Shown here in pieces: positions 1-12,810 of a DNA stretch of 64,000 nt. Below the pieces are notes generated by a model that saw nothing but the letters and a program-made list of their open reading frames with translations, was not told the DNA's origin and did no database searches. Each line of letters opens with the position of its first letter. Positions within the stretch are counted from its first letter, which is position 1. The position numbers and the translations under genes are program-made. This DNA is from Gnetum montanum. Lineage: Eukaryota; Plantae; Gnetophyta. The stretch covers positions 8,964 to 72,963 of the forward strand of contig MNCI01001410.1 in the NCBI GenBank assembly GCA_015680685.1, written 5' to 3'.

Positions 1-587
1 AAGGGAAAGAGAACTAAGTGACTAACTTACATTAACTATTCATCAACTAAGTTCTAATTGTTCCTAACACTAGTATCCGTTCCCACTTGCTATACACATC
101 CTGAACTAGTGCAACGCTACTGGATTACCAAACGCTAATCATTATTGGGTTACCAAGCGCTACATGCATGCTAGAAGCAATCGTACTGAGTGTATTTAAC
201 TAAGGGGGTTGAAGGTTGAAAAAGATATTAATTAACTTGAAAAGCATTTAAACATTTAACAATAATTAATTACTATTTAGCTTAATCTGTATGCTGCAAG
301 GTTTATCATAAAGTTCGTCTTTATTGTTGTACACAAATGTGTGCTCAAGTACAAATTGCTTAAATAAATATCTGTTCACTCTATGACTCCTATTGAGGGT
401 GGGCACACAGAAATTATTCTATCTCTGGAATGGTAAAACTGCAAGAGTTTGGCTAAGGGTCTAACTCTAACTATATGGAACTAAGGGTGCCACCTCTTAT
501 TTATAGAAGATGAGGCAAGACGCGATAGCGTGTACACAATATCGCATGGTGGATGCGATATCACAAACATGATATCGTGGCTCATCA
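1..587 (-). repeat. Partial LTR of the B-related (Athila-like) family, running off the window start
   Basis: Reverse complement matches the solo LTR at 47159-47841. Its terminus gctcatca at 580-587 reads TGATGAGC on the minus strand. It has GCGATATC repeats and a TATA-like ttatttatag. No PPT lies next to it, so it is a 5' or solo LTR. Confidence 0.9.
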
Positions 588-1149
588 TTTGTGAATATAA
601 CAATAAAGAGAAAAAATAGAAAAAACTCTAGTTAACATGACCAAACACTCTTAATAAAGTAAGATCTAATGAAGATACAAAGAAACTTGATGCTTCAATG
701 AATAACATCTTTATGATACCTTCTAGAATAACCTATGAACACAAATAGAAAGACACTAATTAGCCACACCCAAAAGATATATAAATTTTTAAAAATATAG
801 CAATAAAAATAATGAAAATATAATGTTCATCCTTAGAAACCATGTTTAAGGACTTTAACATAGGTGGTAGTGATAGAGTAATCTTTAAAGCTTCTATAGT
901 GTGCATGCTTAATAGAGTCAACAGTGTTTACATATCTTTTAGTCATTTTAGGAGATAACAAAGGGCAAAGAGAGCATTGACGGAGATGCATTCACTTACT
1001 TGTTTGTAGTCAAGTGATGAGATGTGATTAGTCTATCTATACCTATCTTAATCTAATGAAAGAAGAATAAGAAATAAAAACAAGAGAAATAAGATTATAT
1101 TTTAGTATAATATAGTTTCAGACATGAATGGTTGATTAGATTGGACAGC

Positions 1150-4100
1150 TTAGCTCCATCAATGCTAGTAATTTTGAATTTTCCACTACCAAAGAAATTA
1201 GTGACCAAAAATAACCCCTTTAAATTTTGCATAAATTTTTTAGCAAGTTCATGAATAACTTTCAATACTATATGAACTTTTTTAATGCTTTTCCAATTTA
1301 AGTTGATGTGATATCATTGCTTTTTCTTTTCCTAATAGCACTTAATGTTGATGAGTACCTAAAGGTAATGCTCCTTGATGGATTCAATGTTGATAATGTG
1401 TTGTACATTCTTTTTACCTTAATTTATGTGGTTGGATAAGTCTACTCTCAATGATGGGATTTGAAACTCTAGTGACAAGATTGATTCCAAGCCATATACA
1501 AGGTTATAAGGTGTAATACTAGTTGCAATGTAGAAAGTTATCCTATATTCCCATAAGAGATAAAATGGTTTTTCATGTCATTTCCATTTGTTATTGGTTA
1601 TCATCTTCTTAAGAATGTTGATTATATTTTGTTGTTTGCTTCTACATGATCATTCAACTACAATTAATTATGTGTAGAAAATGAATGTTAGATGTTTAAC
1701 TATTTATATAAAGCTTTTTTTTTCCCACTACTAAACTAATGTCCATTATTTGTAACTATGGTTAGTGGTAGGCTAAATTGTGAAATGATGTTATTGGAGA
1801 TAAATTGATAGATTTGTGATTTTATTTAACTTAGTAGGATGAATTATATCCATTTTGCAAAGTACACTATGGAAGTAATGATAAAAGTATAGCCTATAGA
1901 TAACTTGGGGTGCTATCAGTCCAATAATATAAAGATCCCATTGTTGGAAGGAGTAGGTTATTCACGTTGCATGTAACTTTGTTGATGGAACATGTATAAG
2001 GTTGCTATGTCATTAACAAATATCATAAGTTTTTACCTTTTTCATTTAATCATGCTTCATGTCAAGTGAATAGTAATCGAAGTGACTAATCTTGGTGACA
2101 ATGACTCTAAGTTCTACATGTTCTTCACATAGACTTTCATGAACTTTTTGTAATACTACCTAAGCATCAACATTTTGAAGGAAAACTAACAATATATGAT
2201 CGTATAATTTTCAATACATGATTAGGTATGATAGCATATTCCTTATCTCTATTACATAATTTTAGATAGCAAAAGAATTGCTTGGCTATCTTGACTTACA
2301 AAGAATCAACTAATAAAATTTATATTTTTAGAAAGCTTAGAAATTTCTATATAATTTGGAAATAAAAATTACTATAAAAGATATCTATAGGCTTTAGTTA
2401 TATTATGTTCTTTTTAACCCATCAAAAATCACAGTAATTCTAGTAGTTTTAATTTGAGAGATAATAACTAAAATGTTGTTGAGTTTAGGATACTAAAATT
2501 TCAAATGAGCTTAGCAACATGTTCTAAATTTCAAATAAATCTATAAGCAATGAAAAATAATGTGAAATGATTGAGATATTATTGAAATAGTGAATGCCCC
2601 AAAATCTAACTCTTCAATTTCCAAGATTTAGTAAATAATGATGAACGACATTGATGAATATTGATAAATTGATGTATTGATGATGAACTAGTAAAATTCA
2701 TGTTGAAATTATCCTAATGATTTCATGATACAAATTTCCAAGAGATGCCTTTGATATGTGTGTGTGTGACAAGTGGGGAAAAATTTACTAAAAATAATAC
2801 AATATAGTTCAAATGTACAAATTACCCTAAAAATGTACTATATATATATATATATATGTGGATTAAAGATAAAATAACATTACAGCCATCCATCAATTAG
2901 GAAATTTCCTATATGTCATTAAAATAAACTTCTATTTTATAATAAAAATAAAAATTATTATCTTATACTTAAAACAACATTAATTTTGTGTTAAATTAAG
3001 ATGTTGAAGAGGTTAAACATGTAACAAAGAGTGCTTAATATCATCAAATCACTCAGGTTGGACAACATTGTCTATGTTTATGATAAACATCTCTTAGCTT
3101 TCTTACATTATGGATTAAGCAGAAGTGAGTATCATCGATGGTAACTTACATAGTACTTTATATGTTACTATAAATGCAAAAAGTATCTACAAAATTTGCT
3201 AATGTATTTTCATTGTGAGGCATGTATTGAATGTCAACGTCTTCAAAGGTTTCAATTAGTATCTTAGCTACGTTATAATATAGTAATAGATGTTTAGTTT
3301 TAGAAGCATAGAAATTAATTATGTGGTTGATAAATAATTAAGAATCACCTTTAATAATTAGTTATATAGATTTTTGAGTATGCCCTACCATAAGCCATGG
3401 ATAAGCCCCTCCTATCCATCCATATTGTTAATAGATAAAAAGTGAAAATGAAAATATAAAGGTAAGATGTCACATGCATGAAGGATGAGAATGGCTATAG
3501 TAGTGGCCTCATGTATGTTGGATGCTCTATCAAAGTTGAGTATTTCATGTTATCCTTAAGGTACACTCTCAATAGCATTGAAATGTTCATCTAAAAGCTC
3601 AAGGTTAATGTTTGCATTATCCTTGGTAGGAAGCACAAATATTTGATTAGTGATACGTTGTGCTTTAGTTGTAATTTGTGAAAAAAAAATGTAAATGAAA
3701 TTTAGATACTGTGGATTTTCATTGGATAAATAAACTATTTTAATATATGTTAAAGGAGATATCTCTTAGTATATTATCTTTACAAATGATGTTTGCTTGT
3801 CCTCGAAAAAGATAATGTCATCACTTCTTGTGAGAATAGACAAGAGCTAGGTAATTCTTTTTTACTTCAATGTATCAGGTTTGATATGCTACAAGGGCAT
3901 GACTTAGATAATAGATAGGTGTCTTAGCCCCATTGTCTTACTTTTGGCCAATAAAGGAAGCTTCAGATGTATTAGATGTTTCTAAATAGATGTAAAATGA
4001 CTTATCCTTTTATGTTGGATTAATTGAAAGTGGCTTCCTTTGTTAGGAAATGTTGGATATCGCTTAATCTTGAAATAACCCTATGAACAAACTACAACCT

Positions 4101-5001
4101 CTCTTGTAATTCTCATACTTCTTTAATGTTAGTAGGTCCTATCATGTTGATTATGACTTTAATATTATCTTTGACATACAAATATGTGGCCCTAGTGTTC
4201 TTTACTTAGAAAGGAATCATAGTATAATAGAATGTTTATCAAGGTGTTATAAAAGTTCAGTATAGTTGATTCTTTGGGCTAATCCTAATTTTTTTCTATC
4301 ATGAAAAATCATCCATGAAGGAGAGTAATGCATGGAGAGTTATTGTGTCAACAAGTTTATCAAAAATTCATAATAGTAAATCATCTTTAATTATTTCTTT
4401 ATAGAAGTTGTAAAAATCAATGCATATGTGAATGATCACATTTTTCCTAAGTACTAGAATCATGTTGGATTCCTAGTTTGCATAATCTACTACTCTAATG
4501 GAACTAGCTTGATCAAGATTCTTAATTTTGTCATGAACGACCAAGGTTAGGTTTGGAGAAAATTTACAAATCTTTTCTTTGACTAGCTTAATCTAGGATC
4601 TAATACTATGTTATGCTAAATCATTCATGGCTCTAACACTAGCATGCCATTGTAAGACCATGTGAAAGCTTAAATAATTATTTGTAGTATCTCAATGATG
4701 TTTTACATGGAATTTCATTTTAATGTAAAACTTATTTTCAAGACTTCCTTTTCATTCTTGCTAGTAGTAATAAGGATTTTTATAAGGATATCCTTAGTTA
4801 TATCATTGGCTTTTACGTCCAATGCTTATATCAAGTGTTCAAGCCATTCTACAGATTTATCAATGATTATGAATTATTCTTGAAGGTCAATAAGCTCAAG
4901 GTCTAAATAGCTTTGGTCTATTAATCAAAGGACATCACCAAATAACCTTGAAAGATGTAATCTATTGTCCAATTACTTCCAAATCTTAATCTAGAATCCC
5001 T
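1150..5001 (-). pseudogene. pol: Element F: heavily decayed Tat-type pol (RT - RNase H - aRH - integrase)
   Basis: Minus-strand translations give HALLSFMDD (~4310-4335), VHESLCEEH (~2115-2145) and LWEYRITF..TPYNLVYGLESILSLEFQIPSLR (~1450-1555). These are collinear with pol of C and A. Many stops and frameshifts; boundaries approximate. Confidence 0.75.
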
Positions 5002-5007
5002 GCACAT

Positions 5008-5246
5008 CAATGAATGAGAACATAGATCATACTAGGTAAATAAAGTAATTTAATTTTCACTAACTACATTATATGACATGATTCTAGCATTAAGATAAGC
5101 TATATAGGAAGGTGAACACTTGGAGGCCAATGAATGAGAACATAGATCATACTAGGTAAATAAAGCAATTGAATTTTCACTAACTACATTATATGACATG
5201 AGTCTAGCATTAAGATAAGCTATATAGGAAGGTGCACACTTGAGGC
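5008..5246. repeat. Tandem duplication, 2 x ~120 bp
   Basis: caatgaatgagaacatagatcatactagg...gaaggtg(a/c)acactt occurs at 5008 and at 5128 with only a few substitutions. Confidence 0.95.
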
Positions 5247-6528
5247 AACGAATATGTCGTTGCTAGTTATCATATCATGAAACGAATTTTTAGGAAAAGT
5301 AATATGAGAAACATAGATTTCATAGACTAAGTTAAACATGCTATTTGGTGTAACTATAACATATTTGAAGGCCCCAATATATTCTATATGTTTAACATTA
5401 ATAAAAAAATACATTTCATGCTATGTAGCATATACTTGGTTTGAAAGATGGTTTATGCTAGGTAGCGTAAGAGTGACATAAAGGAATTTTACAATGCGGT
5501 GTAAACATGTTGTGAAAAATATCTTTTGCTACATAAAGTACTTTTACACTATTCAGCATAAAAGCAACATTAAAATTTTTTTTACATGATGTAAAAGAAG
5601 AAAAGTGTGGGTTGAAAGAAAAGAGAAAGGTTAATGATTTTTCCTTTTGCATGCTTAGAAACAAGGGTAGGATAGTGAAAAGAGGAAAAGTGACATACCA
5701 TCCAAATGGAAGTGAAAAAGTAGGATTCAGTAAAGCAAGGGAAGAGGCATAGGCTACAAAGATGATGGTCCAAGAGGTGTTACTAGACCCTAGGGCAAAT
5801 TCACTTCATATTACATTAACATATAGGTTTCTCTTATTCATTTTTGTGATTTTCTTTTACAATTATCTTTTTCCATTATCTCACTTTCTTTCATCTTTTC
5901 TTGTTTTGCTTGTTATTTTTGTTTCATGCTATCATGTAACCCTAGTATAGAATAGTTTTCATGCAAAGTATTTATGAAAATTATACTCTTTATTTTATGC
6001 TTAACCCTCCATGTTGTGTTTTAAGCTATGAATTTTATTTCACAATTTTATATTTGGCCCTAGAGTTTTTTTTTTTTTTTTTTGCATGTTAAATATTCAT
6101 CAAAATGTGCATGCTAGTCCTAGAGTTTTTGTGTTTTTACGCTACATTAATCTTTTACAATGACAATGTATTTTAGGTTGGAACTTGGTTGAAAACACAT
6201 TGGTGGACATAAAGTTAAAGTAACTCTAATTTCACACTATTTTCTAGTTTTACACTATTACTCTAACTCATTCTGAAATATGTTTTCCTACCATTTTAGA
6301 TTATGATATAGTAGTTTACACTAAAGCACATTATTTTAATCATTTTTGCTTATTCATGTTGATGATTTACACCATCATAAAAAGAGCTATGTAATTTTTG
6401 CTTATGTTTCAAAGCCTATATATGCTATAGAAATTATAGTTACCATTTGATTTTTTTTATAATTTTCTTGAATTTTTATAACTCTAAGAGTGTAATTCCT
6501 ATTATGGAAATTTTTTGTTCATAAGCCT

Positions 6529-7705
6529 TAAAGTACCACAAAGAAAATTCATCTTATAGCCTATAGCCAAAATTCTTTCCAATTTGGTGGAAAAATAAAG
6601 GCAAGTATAGTTGCCTTATTTTCCCCAAAAAGCCTTTTATTATGGCCCTATATTAATGAAACTTAAGTTAGTTTTTAGTGTAAAAATTGAGATATATAGC
6701 TCACATGCTATAAATTTCATGCATCCTAGCTTATGAAGGCCAAGAAAGTGCTTCACAAGCTATAAATGCCTTATATTCTAGCTTGTAGAAGTCACAAGTT
6801 CCAAGTATTCTAGCTTGTGGGGATTAAAAAGTGCATCTAGAGATGCAAAATTTTATATTTTAGTTCCACATGTTTATCGTTGTAGTTCCACATGCTAGGC
6901 AACCTATAAACACACCATGTGAGATTTGGGCTTTAATCCCACATGCTAAGCACTATAGTTTCACATGGTTGGAAACATGTGAAGGTAGCATGCAAGGGAG
7001 GAAAATTAGTTATAATTAATCACATGCTTCCAAATAATGCTCTAAACATGCTATGATTTTCTAGAAATCTATCAGTAATCATGTTAGAATTAATAACAAC
7101 AAATTAGGATCTCCATAGGCTATTTAAACTAGACTTTGTCTCATTGAAAGGACTTTTGGCAATTTTACATCCAAGATGAACTTGAGACTTTAAAATTAGT
7201 GTAGATACCCAATAGTTAGCAACTAGTTTCCCCAAAAAGTAAATTACTGTAGCAGAGAAAAATTGTAGCAGGAAATATTCAAGGAGTAGACCATACAAGA
7301 GACTTGAGAATAGATCTAACTACAAAACACACCCTTCTAGCTATATTGAGTTCCAAGAATTTTCCTTTGAAGCTCTTGAGCATTAGAATTTCAAAATTTA
7401 TATTTTCTAAACTTTGGTCCTACAAATGTTTTCCATCATTTTAATATAAGTTTGCAATTTTTTGTGTTTTCTACATCTATTTTTCTACATTTATTTGCTC
7501 TTATATTTAGTGTTGTAATTACCATCATAATACATTTTCAATCTTTAATTTACATTTCTATAACATACCTCTAAGTCCCTGAGTGATCGACAAGACTGTC
7601 TAGGGGGCTTTGGACCCTTATTTGTGAGGCCTGTGGATTTGAAGTTAAAACTTTTCCATACTAAAATTTCTTGGATCTCTAGCACTAAATTTTTTAGGTG
7701 CTAAA
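6529..7705 (+). repeat. Element A 5' LTR
   Basis: Aligns along its length with 50939-52102. Ends are decayed (taaagtaccaca...ttaggtgctaaa versus tgaaacacccca...ttaggtgctaca). Confidence 0.88.
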
Positions 7706-7711
7706 TCTTTC

Positions 7712-7729
7712 TAGTACTAGAAGAAGGGC
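7712..7729 (+). promoter_or_regulatory. Element A primer-binding site (decayed tRNA-Asn type)
   Basis: tagtactagaagaagggc lies just after the LTR and is a transition-decayed form of TGGCGCTAGAAGGAGGGC. Confidence 0.7.
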
Positions 7730-8569
7730 TTTCACTAAACTTCTTCACTTAAAGCCAATTTTAATTTTGTCTATCAGTGTTGGATTTTCACAAAACCTAG
7801 CATGTAACCTGTAACTTACAAATCATTGTTGGGTTTTTTTCAAAACCAAGAATGTGGCCTATTGGTCCTTTTAACTTTTTCTGTCAAGTGTTGGGTTTAC
7901 CCAAAACTTAGCATGTGACTTGCAACTAGCCTAGACTACTTAACTATTCAAAATTTATGTTGGACTTTCTTAAAGCCCATTGTCTATCCTTCCACCAATT
8001 TTATCTACAACAAATTTAAAAATTTCATGTTGGATCTCCCTAAGGCCCAACATGTGGCTTATAACCAATGTCATTTTTAGCAATCTTGCATTGATGCTAA
8101 GTCTCCCTCAGGCCTAGCATGTGGCCTACAAGCATCTTGGCCATTTTAATTTTCTCAAACTTTGTGATGAATTTTTCAAAATCCAGCATGTAAACTACAA
8201 CCTACAAATTTCTATTGGATGTTCATAAAACCTAGTGTGTAGCCTTTGACCTATTTCAACGATTTCTTTTTACATTAATTTTTTAACTATAGTGTGTAGT
8301 GCTACCACCATTCCCTACATTGTTAAAATATAGAAATTAATTTTCTTCCAATATAGTGCACATGGTTGACCTTGCCATCTACACTACCTTTTCAATTGTA
8401 GTGCACATTGCTACCCTTATTTCACAACTTACACTTTGCAAATTCTCACACATTGAGACTATCCCACATTGAGACTACGTTGGATAGTCATGCACATTGA
8501 GACTTCCACAAGTTGGATAGTCTTACAAACTAAGAAATTCATATGCTAAGCCACCTAGCTAGCTATCTT

Positions 8570-11500
8570 ATTTAATACCTTGTTCATGCCTTTTCATTGT
8601 TCAACAATATTAGATCACAACATAACACACATGGTCCTTAACCAAGAAGTAGTTCATGTCTATGATCCTAAGGATCCAATATCATTGAATGTAAGTAATA
8701 TCTTAGGCAAAGGGGATAGGAACTAGACTTTACGATCATTAACAAGGAGTACTATAACTTTATTTGTGCCAAAATCTAGGCTAGCCTCCTGATTTCATGT
8801 CCTAATTTAGATGCCAAATGTTAGTATGAAATCATCCACTAGAATGGAAAAAAATATATCCCATCATCCTATGACCAACTTCACCTAACAAATTTTTATA
8901 TGCAAGTGCTAACACAACTAATTAACCTTGATGAGATGAGTGAGGCATTTATCTCATATGAAAATTAAGAGGAATAGGATGAGTTCAAGGTGGATTAGGA
9001 GCCATACAGTTTTATCAAAAACCTCTTCCAAAAGTCAACTTCCCAATTAACCATCTCTAGCCTTGCACCCCCGATATCTCCTATAGCTTAGGTTCCTTAA
9101 TCTTCCCCTATATATCCCATCATGTTCAACCTCCTACCTATAATTATTGCCTACCAATCTTAACCTATGTATTAATCTACATCTTTATTCTTGTTAATGA
9201 TCTTCATCACTCAACCTCATTCTATGTGCCTAGCCTTAGTGGTGTTTAGAACATCACCTCCTTTTATCATACTAGTGGGATCCTCTTTACAACCCCAAAT
9301 TTCACAAGCCTCTTAAATGCCATTTGTCATATTAATCCCCTAAGTGCCAACTCAAACCTCATTAGGATTATTTAATCCTCTTGACATAATGATCACCCAT
9401 CTCCTTCCTTTTATACCAATGCCCCTTGCATCACCCCAAGACTATCAACTTCCTCCATAGCCATTAGTTTAACCTCCCAACCCATAGGGATGTCCCAAGG
9501 CCTAGCTAGATCAAGTCTTCCAAATGATCCAAGACTTTATTAAGGAATTGTAAATTCTTAAAGCCTCTACCACCCTAATGGTTAAATTATGGACTTCTGC
9601 TAAGATGATCCCATTAGTCCTACCATCTGATAGATAACTCTTCACACTAGCATCCCAATTCCCCATTTCACCAAATATAACAACAAGGATGATCCTAACT
9701 CATACCTCATTACCTTATGCTTTGAGTGCTTGTTGTTGCAAGCTTGGTCCCATACTATAATGCATACCTTCCCTATGTCACTAACTAGAAAGATCTTAAA
9801 CTAGTATCATGCTCTACCTAGAGACTCAATTACCTTCCTAGAGGACTTGATTTTACAATTTATTAACCATTTCAAGTGCAACTTGAGACTTGACACCACC
9901 TTAGAACAATTGATGAAAATTAAAAAAGGGTCCCTTGAACTTGTCCAAAAACTCATATAGAGATGGAATGCAACCCTCAACAAAGTCCCTAAGACCATCT
10001 TTGAGACATATCTTTTGGTCATTTTCAAGGGGATGATTAATGATTTTGTCAAATTCAAACTATGCTACCTAGATCGTGATCACTTAGCTAGGCTTTTTCC
10101 TAAAACAAGAACATAGAGGATGCTGCGGAAGCCAACAATGACCCAAAATATATAACATACAGGAACCAACACATGAGGAAGAATAGGGACAAGAAAAAAT
10201 AAAAGCATGTAGCTGTGGCCACTATAGCCAAAGAAACAAAAACAATGTAGGGGCCAAAGACAATCTAACCAAAAGCCCATGTCATGATCTCTCAACCTTC
10301 AATGTCAGGTTCCTTTACCTCTAATTGACCTAGGTCTAACTTTAAAAGAAAGGATTAGTTCATATACAAGAAGTTTCCCATGAAATTGTTTGAGGTTCTT
10401 GACCAATTCCTCAAGAGTGGTTGTATTCAATATAAAAATATAATTGAAACTACCCTTAAGAGGAATGACCATTTGTGTGAGATTTCTAAGGATCCCACCA
10501 TGGTCACTAAGGATGATCCACCTATGTCCAAAAACTTTAAGCTAGACCACTTCTACTATTACCATCAACTTCCTAGCCATGACACTAATTTTTTCTTAGC
10601 TCTAAAGGATGACTTGCAAAAAATGATAGATAATGGTGAGTTGGTACTAGATACATCAAATCTAGTTAGGATCCAAAACTAGAGCATGCAAGTGTATAAG
10701 GATCCCTTAAATGCTAATAATGATCAGTATACTATAGTTACATTCAATGTTAACAACAATTCTAAGCTTGCCTAGGAGTCATTTATGATTCAAGTACATC
10801 CTTGTGATGAAAAAGCTTCAAATTCATCAAGTTCAAGGACTCCTTTTGTTATAATGATATCATCACCTACACCTCTTAGAGAACCATTTATTATTAAGGT
10901 GTTCTTTCCTACCACCACAAAGCTTATAGCCCAAGTTGGCCAATGCCCTTGTGTGGTTGCCAATGCGTCAATCCCTTCATAGCCAAGCAACATGAAATCA
11001 CCTTCAAAATAGTGTAAGAAGCCATCTCCTAAGCCTATGACCAAGGATGGTAAATAACCAAAGGAGTGGAAGTAAGTAGATCCATTGAAGTCTACACCTA
11101 TCTCATCTATTCCCATGAGCCCCAATGCTTAAGCTGCTTTGACAAGTTAACCTAGGGAGGACAACAAACAACAAGAGAAAGGGAAGGGGTCCAAGCCATA
11201 AACACTAAAGAGTGAGGTCAAAATTATAGGTAGAATGGAGAAAGTCAAGGGTAATAAAAATGAAAAAATCATAAATCATAACAAATACTTCCTCACTACC
11301 ATGAAATAGGTCAAGCTTTTACTTAAACAAAAGAATACTTCTCTAAGCTTATATGACCTAGTGATGAGATCTCCTACTCACTATAAGACCTTAGTAAATA
11401 TGTTGACCTCTATTATTATTAGTGAAGACATTCTGACGAATGAAGAATCTATTCATGTAGTAATGGTATTTCCTTCACCTAAGGAAGAAACAATGTCAAC

Positions 11501-11600
11501 TACCTTAATGTTTCATGAGAGTGAGATAAAGTCTAATCTATAAAGTGCTGAAGTATTGAAAGTCCCTCTCTTTATAACTATATGGGTTGGTCAATACAAG
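8570..11600 (+). pseudogene. gag: Element A gag (degenerate)
   Basis: Fragments YHALPRDSITFLEDLILQFINHFKCNL (~9805-9890) and FYYYHQLPSHDTNFFLALKDDLQKMIDNG (ORF 10380-10682) align with C gag. Many stops. Confidence 0.8.
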
Positions 11601-11853
11601 TTACAAATATTATATCCTTTCTCATCTTAAAATTTCTAGGCTTGGTAGAACATATGTAGATTACTTTCACTTCTACTCTTAATTCCTTGATGAATCATGG
11701 GTAGTGGTGAGATGATTAATTTTTTTAGAATACATTGCTAGGAAATAATTCCCCACAACTACCAATTTCCTAGTGGTGGAAGAGATACTAGAGTTCAACC
11801 TAATTTTTGGGAGGCCTTAGATAGCCAAGTTACAAGCAGTCTCTTTTCCTATA

Positions 11854-12669
11854 TGATGGGACACGATATCGCATGAGCCACGATATCGCATCTCTCACGA
11901 TATCACGTGCGTGATATCGCATCTTTCCCTACGATATCGCAATGCGCTGTCATATCTATAAATAAGAGGTGGCTCTCCCTTGTTTCCTCATCCTAGGCTA
12001 GACAGTAGGGAAACTCTGGCAAATTGATCACTCCAAAGATAGAATATTTTCCATGTGCCCACAGTAGGAGTCCTAAAGTGAACGGATCTTTATTCAAGCA
12101 AACATTGTACGTGAACACAAGTTTATGTATGGCAATAAAGAAGAGCTTCTTGGATAAACCTTGCAGTGCATGAAATAGGATTTTATTTACTATTATTTAT
12201 CACTTATTATTTATTACCTGTTATTTACTGCTTTCTCTCTTAACCCTTCTCTCCTAGTTAAGTGCCTCAGTAGGACCGCTTTGAGCATGTGCGTTACGTG
12301 TGGTGATCCCAGCAACAATTAGCGTCTGGTAGCCATGGTTGCATCAGTTCAGGGTGTGTACAGTAAGTGGGAACGGATGCTGATGCTAGGTAATTTAGAC
12401 TTAGTTCATTAGTCAAAGTTAGTAATTAGTTCTTCAACCCTTTACCTTGTTAGCATAGCAGACAAAAACATAAAAAGACTATAAAAATCATATACCTCGG
12501 ACTTACTTAACCATACACCGTGACAACTACAAGTTTTGAGAAGACAATGAATGATTAACCCTAAGTGTTCCATGGGCGTGTAGGCACTTAGTCTGCGGAG
12601 TTTGACCGGATTGCGTGTGCTACGCTCGTATTCGTATGGTTGAGTGTAGGGGTATCTCACCACTCATCA
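11854..12669 (+). repeat. Element B 5' LTR
   Basis: Direct repeat of 18093-18932, with GCGATATCGC palindromes followed by ctataaataagagg (TATA). Confidence 0.95.
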
Positions 12670-12670
12670 T

Positions 12671-12688
12671 TGGTGCCGTTGTGGGGGA
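12671..12688 (+). promoter_or_regulatory. Element B PBS (tRNA-Asp type)
   Basis: tggtgccgttgtggggga resembles TGGCGCCGTTGCCGGGGA, the primer site typical of Athila elements. Confidence 0.85.
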
Positions 12689-12810
12689 CTAAGTGTTTGT
12701 GCGCTGAATAGAACATAGGATATCACTCACATCGTTGAGAGCCTAAAATAACCTTCAGGTTAATTAAAGAAAAATTTATATAATTGTAAATAGCACACCG
12801 ATAAGATACT

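Noticed and set aside
2755-2860. (TG)n and (TA)n microsatellites in an AT-rich patch inside F pol as a MITE
   Set aside because: No terminal inverted repeats or TSD could be identified.
12442-12663. 73-74 aa minus-strand ORF repeated at 18702-18926; likewise ORFs repeated in C's LTRs (22800-23054 / 39579-39833)
   Set aside because: They recur only because the LTRs are duplicated, and they have no recognisable domain.
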